This document shows, in pieces, positions 38,122 through 47,695 of a DNA stretch of 60,026 nt. Position 1 is the first letter of the stretch. Each line of letters starts with the position of its first letter. The stretch spans positions 1 through 60,026 of the IMG/VR virus record IMGVR_UViG_3300009448_000013; one strand, 5' to 3'. Source of the stretch: a virus. Taxonomy: Duplodnaviria > Caudoviricetes. The notes under the pieces were generated by a model. The model worked only from the letters and a program-made list of their open reading frames with translations, was not told the DNA's origin and searched no databases. The translations under genes and the position numbers were made by a program.

Positions 38122-39711
38122 ATGACGACACCGACCGAGCGAGAGTTCAGCGTGTTTCGCCGCGGCGAACTGCGCGAGGACATCCTGCGGTTTTTCCGTA
38201 ATGGCCTGCGCAACCTCGCGAACCCCAAGACGCTGCAGCTGTTCACCGAGGACGAAATCAGGCGCACGACGACCGAGGGCGGGCGCTTTTGGGTCGAGGC
38301 CGACGCCGTCGATCTGGTGTGCCAAGGCATCCAAAAGCGCGACGAGTTCCTCGCGCAGCAGATCCGAATCGACCGCGCCGGCTCGGCGTTCCTGAAAAAC
38401 TTTCACGGCCCGCAGTGGGGCGCCGACTTCCTGCCGGCGACGGGGGGCTCAGGGTTCGTCACGGCCACCGGCCTACCGGGCACGACGTGGCTCGGCTCGA
38501 CGACGCTCGCAGACCCGTTCGCCACGTTCGGCGTCGACGAGGCCGGCAAGCGCTATCAGGTGCTCGTGTCGGGGGTCGCCAATGGCTCGGGCGTCGCGAC
38601 GCTCTTGCTCGTCGGCATCGATGGCGGCGACGAAACCAACATCGGGGTCGGGGCGGTGATCCGCTGGTCGAACCCGCCGCCGGGCTCGACCCCGACCGCG
38701 GTCGTCGTGGGGCAAGCGTTCATCGGTGGCGGCCCTGCCGAGGACGACGCCGCGTTTTCGGCGCGGGTGGCGGCCGACGTGCGCCACCGCCCGGGCGCAG
38801 GCAACCCGGCGCAGATCCGGGCCATTGCGAGGGCAGCGAGCAACTCGGTCGAGGACGCTTTCGTGTACCCCTGCGCGCTCAACGCGGGCAGCGTGCTCGT
38901 GTCGCTCACGCAAAAGCGGGGGGCAACGACCGGGCCCGACGCGCGCAGCGCCGGGGCGGGCATTCTGGCGAGCGTGACGGCGGCGCTCGTGCCACCGGGC
39001 TCGCCGTTCCTGCCGGCGCAGGCCTACGTCGTCGTCGTGCCCGACACGCCGCAGCCATCGAACGCCGTCGTGCAGATCTCGCAGCGCAAGGGCAGCGCGG
39101 CTGGCTGGGCCGACTTGCAGCCGTTCCCCCCGGTGCACAACGCGGGCGGAGCTGTCGCGATATCGCTCGTGACCTCGCAGCTGAACTTTCGCATCACGAC
39201 GAACGGGGCGGGGCAGCTGCCGAGCGGCGCCGTCGGCCCGCTCTCGGGCGTCAACCTCATGGTGTGGGATGTCGCCTCGAGCCGGTTCGAGGCGCTCGCC
39301 GTGAGCACCGTCGAGGACCTCGGCGCCGGCGTGTACCGGGTGATCCTGCTGTCGGCGCCCGCGCACACGCTCACCGTGGGCGACTGGATCTCGCCCCGCA
39401 TGGCGCGCAGCGCAACGCTTGCCGAGGCCGTCGAGGCCTATTTCGACAGCCTCGGGCCCGGCGAGGTGCTCAACCTCGCGACGAACGTGCTCGGATCACG
39501 GGCGTTCCGGCGCCCCGCCCCGAGCGAGGAGTTCCCGGCGCGCGCGGGGCAATCGCTGATCACGTTCGTTTCCGAGGGCCTCGGCGCGGCCGCCTCCGAC
39601 GCGACGCTCGCGAGCATCACGGTCACGACGCCGAGCTTGCCCGCCGATCCCATCGACGGACCGAACCGCGTGACGCTCGGCAAGTTCGCAGTGTACGATC
39701 TACCGACTTGA
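38122..39711 (+). CDS. baseplate J-like protein (Mu gp47-like)
   Basis: GGGPAEDDAAFSARV, GAGN, VEDAFVYP, GSV. Confidence 0.85.
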   Translation: MTTPTEREFSVFRRGELREDILRFFRNGLRNLANPKTLQLFTEDEIRRTTTEGGRFWVEADAVDLVCQGIQKRDEFLAQQIRIDRAGSAFLKNFHGPQWGADFLPATGGSGFVTATGLPGTTWLGSTTLADPFATFGVDEAGKRYQVLVSGVANGSGVATLLLVGIDGGDETNIGVGAVIRWSNPPPGSTPTAVVVGQAFIGGGPAEDDAAFSARVAADVRHRPGAGNPAQIRAIARAASNSVEDAFVYPCALNAGSVLVSLTQKRGATTGPDARSAGAGILASVTAALVPPGSPFLPAQAYVVVVPDTPQPSNAVVQISQRKGSAAGWADLQPFPPVHNAGGAVAISLVTSQLNFRITTNGAGQLPSGAVGPLSGVNLMVWDVASSRFEALAVSTVEDLGAGVYRVILLSAPAHTLTVGDWISPRMARSATLAEAVEAYFDSLGPGEVLNLATNVLGSRAFRRPAPSEEFPARAGQSLITFVSEGLGAAASDATLASITVTTPSLPADPIDGPNRVTLGKFAVYDLPT

Positions 39712-39723
39712 AAGGATCCCACC

Positions 39724-40002
39724 ATGGCCGGCCCCGGCGGACAATATTCCAAGACCGACATCACACAACCCGGCACCGGCATTAGGCCCCCGCCGATGCC
39801 GCGCAAGACGTTCCCGACGCGGTATGTCGTGACGTCGCTGCTATTTACGCTCGTCGCCGTGCTAGCGAGCCTTGGAATCGACGCGTGCGCTTTGACGAGC
39901 GCGGTCGGCATCGAGCTCGCGCCGTGTCGCCCGACGACGTCGGCCCCGCCGGCGAGCGACGCCCCGTCGCCGCTGCAGGAGAGCGACGCGGTGGCCAAGT
40001 GA
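39724..40002 (+). CDS. small membrane protein
   Basis: One TM helix; two palindrome-family copies at the 3' end. Confidence 0.5.
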   Translation: MAGPGGQYSKTDITQPGTGIRPPPMPRKTFPTRYVVTSLLFTLVAVLASLGIDACALTSAVGIELAPCRPTTSAPPASDAPSPLQESDAVAK

Positions 40003-40496
40003 GCGGATCGCCACTGCGCCCCGACCGAGCCAGTTTCGGGCCGACCGTCGTCAATACGACGCCAGTGCGCGACCGCACGCGGCAGATCGGCGCGGACATC
40101 GCCAATCTCATCATGTGGCAGCTCGCCGGAATGGGCCTCACCGGACCGAGGAGCGTGCTGCATTTTACCGCGCAGGTCGGCCCGCTCTTGCTCGGGCGCG
40201 CCGAAAGTTGGAACCCCGAGCGCCTGTCGGTGGGCGCGCACGCCGACCCGACGATCACGCGCACCGCGGCGGGCAACTATCTCGTGAGCTACCCGACGCC
40301 GGTGCCCGACGAGAACGGCGACGAGCAGGTCATCTCGTTTTCGTGGGCGCACGCGTTCGTCGTCAATTCGAACCCGCTCGTGCTCAAACACGCGCAGGCG
40401 GCCGTCGAGGCGAGCACGAACCAACTGCGGGTCGGTGTGTTCTCGTCCGCCGCGGCGCTCGAGGACGGCAACCAGGTCGTTTTGCTCGGCTGGTGA
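39999..40496 (+). CDS. hypothetical baseplate/tail protein
   Basis: ITRTAAGNYLVSY beta motif; GTGA coupling. Confidence 0.6.
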   Translation: MSGSPLRPDRASFGPTVVNTTPVRDRTRQIGADIANLIMWQLAGMGLTGPRSVLHFTAQVGPLLLGRAESWNPERLSVGAHADPTITRTAAGNYLVSYPTPVPDENGDEQVISFSWAHAFVVNSNPLVLKHAQAAVEASTNQLRVGVFSSAAALEDGNQVVLLGW

Positions 40497-40499
40497 TCG

Positions 40500-41204
40500 A
40501 TGGGCGGGCTCGGCTGGCATAACCCGTTTCCGATGCAACTCGGAGGCGGACCCACGCCGACCGAGCTCGTGTATGCCGCGATGCGCGGGGCGGTCGGCGT
40601 CGGCGGATCGGCTGCCGACGACGAGAGCATCGACGGCATGTGGCGACAGGCCCGGGCAAGCGCGCTCGCTGCTGCCGCCTGCACGGGCGAGAGGGCCGCC
40701 ATGCAGGCGTTCCCCGGCTACGCCACCGACCTGCTCGAATTTTACGAGGTGCTGCTCGGAGCCACGCCCGAGCCCGACGCGAGCATCGTAGAACGGCAAG
40801 CCATCGTGCTCGACCTGTTCACGCGCAAGGTGCGGGCCGCCGTGCCCGACATCGACGCCGACCTGAAAGCCATCGATTCGCGGTTAGGCGTCGTGATCGT
40901 CGACCCTGCCGAGGGCACCGAGACGCTGCCGGGGCGAGGCTTTCAGGACCTCGCCGCGGCGCTGCCGTTCAACGGCGGCCGCAAAAGCAGCGTGTTCCAC
41001 AATTATTCGACGTCGTTCGTCGTGTTCGTCCTGTTCGATATCGGCGCCGGCGTCGCCCCGGGCGCTGCCGAGCAAAAGCTGATAGAACGTGCGAAGGCAC
41101 ACCTCAACGAGGTTTTACCAGGGCACGTGATGTTCCAGATGTTTACCTCGCTCGGGTTCATCCTCGATGAATCCCTGCTCGATTTGACGGGGCTCCGACC
41201 ATGA
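40500..41204 (+). CDS. baseplate wedge protein (Mu gp48-like)
   Basis: ATDLLEFYEVLLG...ERQ; LNEVLPGH. Confidence 0.7.
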   Translation: MGGLGWHNPFPMQLGGGPTPTELVYAAMRGAVGVGGSAADDESIDGMWRQARASALAAAACTGERAAMQAFPGYATDLLEFYEVLLGATPEPDASIVERQAIVLDLFTRKVRAAVPDIDADLKAIDSRLGVVIVDPAEGTETLPGRGFQDLAAALPFNGGRKSSVFHNYSTSFVVFVLFDIGAGVAPGAAEQKLIERAKAHLNEVLPGHVMFQMFTSLGFILDESLLDLTGLRP

Positions 41205-42136
41205 CGCTCGCCGAGGCCAAGGTCGGCGGGTGGAGCCTGAACGAGGTGCTCACCAGCGCTCAAATGAACACGCTACAAGCCGAGATGCTCAAAGCGATCG
41301 ACGGCGTCGGCGGCGGCACTTACGTGCTCACCGACCCGCTCATTTTCGACGGCGCCGGCGACGACGTGCAGTTCGAGCAGCGCGTGCGCTTTCTCTCGGG
41401 TGGCGAGCTGCAGCTCGACCCGGGCTCGTCGTTCGAGCAATTCTCGGGCAGCGACGCTTTGTTCGACGGCAGCGTCGAGTTTTCCGGCAGCGTGCTGTTC
41501 AATTCCTTTGGCGTGACGCTCGGCATCGGCTCGACGTTCATCGTCGAGGGCGGGGCCAGCATCGAGCACGGGGGCCTCATGCGCGTCGACGGGGGCGAGA
41601 TCGAGCTGCTCGACATCGCGTCGATCACCGTCGACGACCAGACGATCCCCGCCTATCGGGTCATCATTGCGCCAGCCGAGATCGAAGAGTTCAACGACGA
41701 GCACACGTGGTCGCTCACCGCCGGCAGCAGCGACGGCTTTTTCTTGCAGACCAGCGTCTCCCCGCCGAGCGGCGCGCAGCTGTGGATCCCGCTGCGCGTC
41801 GAGCCCGGCGACGAGCTCAACACGGTCACAATGACCATCAACGGCAACGCCGGCGGGGGCGGCGGTCACGCTGGCCTGCCTAGCACGATGCCGACGATCG
41901 CCATCGTGGCCAACGGCACCGAGCTCGACATTGCGACCGACGCCTCGGCAACGTTGGGCGCCTACGAAAACGCGCACTCGGTGACCGTCACGCACAACGA
42001 CACGGTCCTCGACGCGACGTATTACCTGCGGATCAACGGCGAGGCCGGCGCCAACGCCCTGGCCAATCACCTGAAGCTGTTAAACATTGCGGCCAGCGTC
42101 ACGCGGCGCCGGCTCGTTTCGACGGAGCAACTCTAA
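41201..42136 (+). CDS. putative tail fibre protein
   Basis: WSLNEVLTSAQMN fibre-type N-terminus; position after gp48-like gene. Confidence 0.65.
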   Translation: MTLAEAKVGGWSLNEVLTSAQMNTLQAEMLKAIDGVGGGTYVLTDPLIFDGAGDDVQFEQRVRFLSGGELQLDPGSSFEQFSGSDALFDGSVEFSGSVLFNSFGVTLGIGSTFIVEGGASIEHGGLMRVDGGEIELLDIASITVDDQTIPAYRVIIAPAEIEEFNDEHTWSLTAGSSDGFFLQTSVSPPSGAQLWIPLRVEPGDELNTVTMTINGNAGGGGGHAGLPSTMPTIAIVANGTELDIATDASATLGAYENAHSVTVTHNDTVLDATYYLRINGEAGANALANHLKLLNIAASVTRRRLVSTEQL

Positions 42137-42562
42137 ATGGCCGACAAGATCCGGAACGGGCAACAGCGCCCGATGCAAATCAGGCGCATCGGCAAGACGC
42201 ACGCGATCGTCGCCGTGCCCGTCGTGGCACAGGTCGTCGACTTTGCCCGCGTCGAGCGCATGATGCGCCAGAAGGCGCTCGAGCTCGCCCGGCACGAGAC
42301 CGAGGCCACGGCGCTGCGGCTCGCGATTGCCGACCTGAAAGCACAACTCGACGCGTTCGTCGCGCTGCCCGTCGAGCGCGACGACGACGATCCGGTCGTG
42401 CCCCAAACCGAGGCGCCCACGCCGGCGCCCACGCCGGCGCCCACGCCGGCGCCCACGCCGACGCCGCCCCCGACGCCGCCCCCGTCGCCCCGAGCAGCTC
42501 GCGACGACCGCGACCCCGACGGCACCGATCGGGACGACGACGACATTCGCCTCGAGGGCTGA
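42137..42562 (+). CDS. hypothetical protein with (PTPA)n linker
   Basis: 12-bp tandem repeat GCGCCCACGCCG at ~42413-42460. Confidence 0.6.
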   Translation: MADKIRNGQQRPMQIRRIGKTHAIVAVPVVAQVVDFARVERMMRQKALELARHETEATALRLAIADLKAQLDAFVALPVERDDDDPVVPQTEAPTPAPTPAPTPAPTPTPPPTPPPSPRAARDDRDPDGTDRDDDDIRLEG

Positions 42563-42942
42563 TGGCCGCGTTTCGCTCGGCGTTCACCGCAGGCGTCACG
42601 GTCGAGGCGTGGGAGGATCCCGCCCTCGGCGACGTGCCCTCGCGGATCAACCCGAACCCCGAGCACGGCCACAAGCGGCACGTCGGCAGCGTCGGCGTGC
42701 AAATCACGCTCACCGCGACCGTGGGCGGCGTTGTCGCGCCCCTCGACGCGGCGCTCGGCGGTAAGCTGTTCAAGGTGTTTTTCGCCGAGCTGCCCGCAGG
42801 ACCGCCCCCCGCGCTCTCGAACCCCGTCGGCCAATCGTCGGTACAGCGGTTCACGCCGACCGTGCCCGGGCACTACTCCCTACGGCTTGCGCTCGACCCG
42901 CTCGGCGGATCCATCTTTCATCACGTGGACGTCGAGGCATGA
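42562..42942 (+). CDS. hypothetical virion protein
   Basis: Coupled; beta-rich. Confidence 0.6.
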   Translation: MAAFRSAFTAGVTVEAWEDPALGDVPSRINPNPEHGHKRHVGSVGVQITLTATVGGVVAPLDAALGGKLFKVFFAELPAGPPPALSNPVGQSSVQRFTPTVPGHYSLRLALDPLGGSIFHHVDVEA

Positions 42943-43292
42943 GCGCGGCCGACGAAATCAGCCCGATCGAATACGGGCAGGACCTCATCGTGCTCGCGGT
43001 GAGCCGCGAGACGCCCGTGCCCCGCGCGTTCGAGGCCGTGCTGATCGACGTCGATTATTCGCTCGCCCTGCCCGCCGGCGTCGTGCTGCCGCTCGAATTC
43101 ACGGTCACGAGCGAGAGCGGCGCGGCGACGTTCCAGCGCCGAGTCTTTCGCCGCCTACGGCCGAGCACGCTCGCGTTCGTGCCCCGGGAGGGCGGCAGCC
43201 ATCTCGTGCGGCTTGCCGAGCAGCATCATAACCGGTGGTTCGGAGCCATCACGATCGACGTCGAGGGCTCGCCCCTGAAAGCAGGCAATTAA
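42939..43292 (+). CDS. hypothetical virion protein
   Basis: Coupled; beta-rich. Confidence 0.6.
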   Translation: MSAADEISPIEYGQDLIVLAVSRETPVPRAFEAVLIDVDYSLALPAGVVLPLEFTVTSESGAATFQRRVFRRLRPSTLAFVPREGGSHLVRLAEQHHNRWFGAITIDVEGSPLKAGN

Positions 43293-44914
43293 TGGCAAAC
43301 GCGCTGTTCACAATCAACGACGACGCCGACGACGACGGTTACGACGCGACGCCATCCGAGGTGCTCGCGCTGCGGCTCAAGACGTTGCCGCCGGCCGGCG
43401 TCACGAGCGTGCGGTTCCAGATTTGGGACCCCGACGACTTCGACGAGACGCTCGACCCGATCCGCAACCCGCCGCGGCAGAGCAAGGGCGCGCCGCTCCT
43501 CGAGCTCGACAATGGCGTCGCCACGGGCACGAGCCTCTCGCCGGTCGCCATCGACGGCGAGGTCGAGCTCACGCTCGAGGCGAACGTGTTCGTCGCCTAC
43601 ATCATTCGGTGCGTCGTGAACAACGGCATGACGACGCTCGCCGATGGCCGCGTCGTCGTCGACCGGTCGCTGATTCACGAGCGCATGGTCGTCGTGCGCG
43701 AAAACGGCGTGCGCCCGATTGTGGCGACCGAAACCACGCAATACGAGCCCGACGGCTGGGCAGGCGCCTACAACGAGGGCGGGGGCCCGGCTGGCGACGA
43801 CGGCGGGTTTGGCGGCGCGATGTCGATCCCATACGTGTTCAGCACGACGACGACCGACACCGACCCGGGCGCGACGTTCATTCGGCTCGGCAATGCAACG
43901 CAAAACCTGTCGACCGTGATGCGCGCCGATCTGCTCGACGCGAACAACGTCGACGTGACGGCGCTGCTCGCGACGTTCGACGACTCCGCTGCCGGCGTCA
44001 AAGGCATCGCTCGGCTCGTGCATCGCGACGACGACAGTAAGCACCTGCTGTTTTACGTCACCGCGCTGTCGAGCCCGGCGGGATATCGCAACATCACGAT
44101 CGTGCCGATCGGCAGTTCGAGCGCGAGCCCGTTCGTCAACGGCGATCCGGTGGTTCTGTGCTTTGACCCGATGGGCGGCCCCGCCACGATCGGCAAATTC
44201 GACCCGACCGCAGCCGGCGCGATATTCACGTGCAATTTCGATTCGACGCTCATCGACGAGACGAATGCGAACAACCTCGTCGTCGACGCGGGCACCGTCG
44301 ACTTTTGCGAGGGCTGGCCCGGGCGGACGTTCGTGTATGTCGAGACGACCGGGCGCCTGCGCGTGGCAGCAACGCCGGCGCCTGCGGTGCTGCGGCAAGC
44401 GGGCGAGCTCACGATCCATTCGCTCGTTCTGCCCGACGAGGACCCGACCGCCGAGCGCGTGCTCGTCATGTGCGGCGCCGGCGGCGTCGACACCGACACG
44501 GCGAACAACACGCTCTATCAGCAGTCGATCCAAAACGTCGCCGCGCCGCTCTTGCAGCTGCGTGCGTTTCACGAGGAGGCCGCGGGCGCGAACGTCAGTT
44601 ACAACGTGTCGGTGCGCGATCAACGGGCGCGCGTGCCGGTGCTGTGGACTCAGGTTCGGCGGATCTCGGCGGGGCAGGCGTTCTACCAAAACTATGTCAA
44701 CGGCCGCCCTGCAGGCGCCGAGTCGGGGGGGCTCGTGCCGCCCACGGGCGGCGGAAACGCGGTGTTCGTCGTCGCCGCGGCTGGCTCGGGATCGACCGCC
44801 GGGCAGCGCCGAATCATCGGCGGGCAGCAACTCATCGCCGCGGCTCAAACGGCCGCGCAAGTGCTGGCGGTGCACAACCGAGTGATGGGGCCCGCTTTCG
44901 GTTTTTTAGTCTAG
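43292..44914 (+). CDS. tail fibre/receptor-binding protein with LamG-like domain (short form)
   Basis: YVFSTTTTDTDPG fibre module; LamG-like C-terminus (YVNG...QTAAQV). Confidence 0.7.
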   Translation: MANALFTINDDADDDGYDATPSEVLALRLKTLPPAGVTSVRFQIWDPDDFDETLDPIRNPPRQSKGAPLLELDNGVATGTSLSPVAIDGEVELTLEANVFVAYIIRCVVNNGMTTLADGRVVVDRSLIHERMVVVRENGVRPIVATETTQYEPDGWAGAYNEGGGPAGDDGGFGGAMSIPYVFSTTTTDTDPGATFIRLGNATQNLSTVMRADLLDANNVDVTALLATFDDSAAGVKGIARLVHRDDDSKHLLFYVTALSSPAGYRNITIVPIGSSSASPFVNGDPVVLCFDPMGGPATIGKFDPTAAGAIFTCNFDSTLIDETNANNLVVDAGTVDFCEGWPGRTFVYVETTGRLRVAATPAPAVLRQAGELTIHSLVLPDEDPTAERVLVMCGAGGVDTDTANNTLYQQSIQNVAAPLLQLRAFHEEAAGANVSYNVSVRDQRARVPVLWTQVRRISAGQAFYQNYVNGRPAGAESGGLVPPTGGGNAVFVVAAAGSGSTAGQRRIIGGQQLIAAAQTAAQVLAVHNRVMGPAFGFLV

Positions 44915-46290
44915 GCCCGTTCCAGCAATCGCTGGACGGGCTGCACAGCCACAACGACCAAGAGCAACCAGGCCCGCTCGTCGACGCGCTCGCTCTCGGG
45001 TTCGCGTCGATCGAGGTCGACGTGCACCTGACCGGCGGCGAAATCCGCGCGACGCACAGCTTGCCCGGCACCGCCGGCGTCACGCTCACGTCGCTTTACC
45101 TCGCGCCGCTCGCCGCGATGGATCCCGACGAGCATCCCGCGATGCTTTGCATTGACCTGAAAACGTCGCCGAGCGACGCCCTGTTCACGGCGTGCGTGGC
45201 AGCCATCGCGGCCCACGCCACGTTCAACGACGGGCACGTGCAGTTCGTGTTCACGGGCAATCGCCCCGTCGCGCCGACGGCGCACCCCGCGCACGTCGTG
45301 TTTGGCAGCGGCGGCGGGCCCGTGGCGGCGGCGCTCGTCGACGCCGAGGTCGCCGTCGTCGAGGTCGATTACACGTCGTTTTCGACCTGGAATGGCGTGG
45401 CTCCGATCCCCGACGCCACCAAGCGCACGCTCGTGCAGCTCGCCGACATGGCGCACCGCGCGGGCAAAATGCTGCGCGTCTATTTTGGCCCGGCGACGGT
45501 CACGGCGTGGAACGAGTTCCGCGACGCCGGCGTCGACTTGATCCAGCCCGGCGGGCAACACCCACCGGGTTTCGATAACATCGACCTGCTCGCGCTTTGG
45601 TTCGCCGGGGGGTGGATATTCGACGGCGAGAACGACGGCGTTTCGATCGGCGACGTGTACGACTTCGAGCGCACCGACTCGTTCTCGCTCTCGGGACGGT
45701 TCAACTCGTCGTCGGCAACCACCCAAAACCTCATCGGCAAGACGAGCACGGATACGACGGCGCGCGGCTACATCGTCCAGCTTCGCAGCGACGGCGCGGT
45801 AGGCTTTCAGCTGAACAACGACGTCGCCAGCGGCGTCAATTCGCTCGCTGTGCGAACCACGTCGACCGCGTTCGCCGACGGCCGCGAACACCATTTTCTC
45901 ATCACCTACAACGGCACGAGCGCGCCCGGCGGGGTGGTGATCTACATCGACGGCCAGGCCGAGGCCTTGACGACGATCAACAATTCGCTGTCCGCCACGA
46001 CCGTGCAGAACGATCCGCTCGTGCTCGGAAACCGGCAGGATGGCGCGCGCGCGCTCGCCGGCAGCCTGCGCGAGGTCGCGGTGTGGACGGGTGTCCTCTC
46101 GGCGCTCGACGCGGCAGAGATTCACGACGCGACAGATCTGGACAGCGTTGCCGCCGGCCCTAGCCTGCTGAGCTGGTGGCGCTTTGACGACGACGACCAG
46201 GCCATCGCGAGCGGCGTCGTCGACCAGGGTGGCGGCGGCTTTCACGGCACGCCGTTCGGCGGGCTCGAACCGACGCCGCCCCGCGTCTGA
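44902..46290 (+). CDS. -1 frame extension: GDPD/PLC-like phosphodiesterase domain plus LamG domain
   Basis: HSHND, SIEVDV, CIDLK, GVDLI; then LamG (HHFLITYNG, IYIDG, LREVAVW); no ATG/GTG/TTG between slippery site and HSHND. Confidence 0.8.
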   Translation, partial: FFSLGPFQQSLDGLHSHNDQEQPGPLVDALALGFASIEVDVHLTGGEIRATHSLPGTAGVTLTSLYLAPLAAMDPDEHPAMLCIDLKTSPSDALFTACVAAIAAHATFNDGHVQFVFTGNRPVAPTAHPAHVVFGSGGGPVAAALVDAEVAVVEVDYTSFSTWNGVAPIPDATKRTLVQLADMAHRAGKMLRVYFGPATVTAWNEFRDAGVDLIQPGGQHPPGFDNIDLLALWFAGGWIFDGENDGVSIGDVYDFERTDSFSLSGRFNSSSATTQNLIGKTSTDTTARGYIVQLRSDGAVGFQLNNDVASGVNSLAVRTTSTAFADGREHHFLITYNGTSAPGGVVIYIDGQAEALTTINNSLSATTVQNDPLVLGNRQDGARALAGSLREVAVWTGVLSALDAAEIHDATDLDSVAAGPSLLSWWRFDDDDQAIASGVVDQGGGGFHGTPFGGLEPTPPRV

Positions 46291-46297
46291 AAAACCC

Positions 46298-46324
46298 TCA
46301 AGTTCCCCGGGCACAATCCGTTCA
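46298..46324 (+). promoter_or_regulatory. sigma28-like promoter copy
   Basis: TCAA-N15-TCCGTTCA, in-frame ATG 8 nt downstream. Confidence 0.65.
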
Positions 46325-46332
46325 TGTTCGAC

Positions 46333-47058
46333 ATGAACGGATTGCTGATTGCCCTCGTCGTGCTGCTCACTGCGGTTAACGCGTCCGCTGCCCCAAAGGG
46401 GCACAGCCACAACGACTACGGGCGCGCGGCGCCGCTCGCCGAGGCCATCGCCGCCGGCGTCGCCTCGATCGAGGTCGACCTCGTGTATTCCGCCGGCAGG
46501 CTGCTCGTGTGCCACACGGCCCGAGAATGCTCGCCCGAGCGGACGCTAGAAACACTCTACCTAGCGCCGCTCGCTGCGCTCGGCGCCGACCGCCCCGCTC
46601 GCCTCACGCTGCAGATCGAAACCAAGGTGACGCACCCGAGCCTCGCCGGCGTCGCGATCCCGGGCGTCTTTCACGGCGTGCTCGCGGCGTTCGCGGCGCG
46701 CCCCGAGCTCGCCTCGTGGGTCGATGTCGTATTCATCGGGCAGCAATACTACCCGCCGCCCGCGCCCACGCCGGCGGGGTTCTCGTTTCGCGCCGACCCC
46801 GACACGGGTCTCGTGTCCGTTGAATGGCCGTTTGCGTGGGAGGGGCATGGCGATATGCCCGCCGCCGATAGGAGCGCACTCGAGCGTCTCGTCGACGACG
46901 CGCACTCGAGGGGCGCCCGGCTGCAGCTCTCGACGCACCCGATCGAGCTGTCGGGCGACGTCGTCGCCGTGTGGGATGCTCTCGCCGACGCTGGCGTCGA
47001 CACCATCAGCACCGACGATCCGTTGCTGTTCGCCGCTTGGCGCGCCCAAACGTTCTGA
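46333..47058 (+). CDS. secreted GDPD/PLC-like (Aim6-like) phosphodiesterase
   Basis: Signal peptide ending ASA; HSHNDY, SIEVDL, TLETLYLAPL, GVDTISTDD. Confidence 0.8.
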   Translation: MNGLLIALVVLLTAVNASAAPKGHSHNDYGRAAPLAEAIAAGVASIEVDLVYSAGRLLVCHTARECSPERTLETLYLAPLAALGADRPARLTLQIETKVTHPSLAGVAIPGVFHGVLAAFAARPELASWVDVVFIGQQYYPPPAPTPAGFSFRADPDTGLVSVEWPFAWEGHGDMPAADRSALERLVDDAHSRGARLQLSTHPIELSGDVVAVWDALADAGVDTISTDDPLLFAAWRAQTF

Positions 47059-47076
47059 GCTCTGCTATCGTCTCAC

Positions 47077-47191
47077 TTGCCCGGTCGCCGATCGGGGTCG
47101 AGGTGCACTGTCGTCGGTCAGAGGCATCTCGTTCGGAGTGGCGTCGAGCGTGCCTGCTTGCCGTTTCACTCACTGCAAGGCGACCGGGCAA
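47077..47191. repeat. 115-bp intergenic element bounded by a 13-bp perfect inverted repeat
   Basis: TTGCCCGGTCGCC / GGCGACCGGGCAA. Confidence 0.7.
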
Positions 47192-47201
47192 TGTAACGCC
47201 C

Positions 47202-47546
47202 ATGTCTGGATCCCTTTACGTCGGAGCTGCCGCCCCCGTCTCGACGACGTTCGACGTCACGAGCTCGGGCGCGCCGTTTGACCTGTCGGCGATCACGAGC
47301 GCGCGGCTGCTCGTGCGGTTCGCAAACGGCGTCACGGCCACCTGGGCGGCCACCGTGGGGCCTGTTCCCCCCGACGTGGCCGAGACGGCGACGCGTGCGC
47401 GTCTCACTCGCGTGCACGCCGCGGGCGACATCCCGGTGGGCGCCGAGGGCACGGCCCGCATTCGTGCCGACATCACGCTCGACGGCGTCGCCGAGCCGGT
47501 GCGCACGCGGTGGCGAGCGGTGGAAGTGATGCGCGAGGGGGTGTGA
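47202..47546 (+). CDS. Ig-like/BppU-like virion accessory protein
   Basis: PFDLSAITSARL...W...GDIP..G pattern. Confidence 0.55.
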   Translation: MSGSLYVGAAAPVSTTFDVTSSGAPFDLSAITSARLLVRFANGVTATWAATVGPVPPDVAETATRARLTRVHAAGDIPVGAEGTARIRADITLDGVAEPVRTRWRAVEVMREGV

Positions 47547-47671
47547 TGGATCCCGTCACGGCCGAGCTCGTCGAGGGCGCGTCGCTGTCGGGCCCGCTCG
47601 TTGAATCGGTGCAACTCACGGCCGAGCTCGTCGAGGGCGCTCACCTCACGGCCGAGGTGATAGCCGACTGA
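47546..47671 (+). CDS. 41-aa repeat peptide (TAELVEG)n
   Basis: TGATG coupling; repeated CACGGCCGAGCTCGTCGAGGGCGC. Confidence 0.45.
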   Translation: MDPVTAELVEGASLSGPLVESVQLTAELVEGAHLTAEVIAD

Positions 47672-47695
47672 ACGCGCGAGGGGTACACTCGGGGC

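Noticed and set aside
44230-44901. 5' part of the 686-aa ORF as real coding sequence
   Set aside because: It is an Arg-rich alternate frame of the fibre gene; meaningful sequence starts only at the slippery site.
41201-47058. Diversity-generating retroelement or fibre shufflon
   Set aside because: No reverse transcriptase, invertase or template/variable repeat pair was seen.
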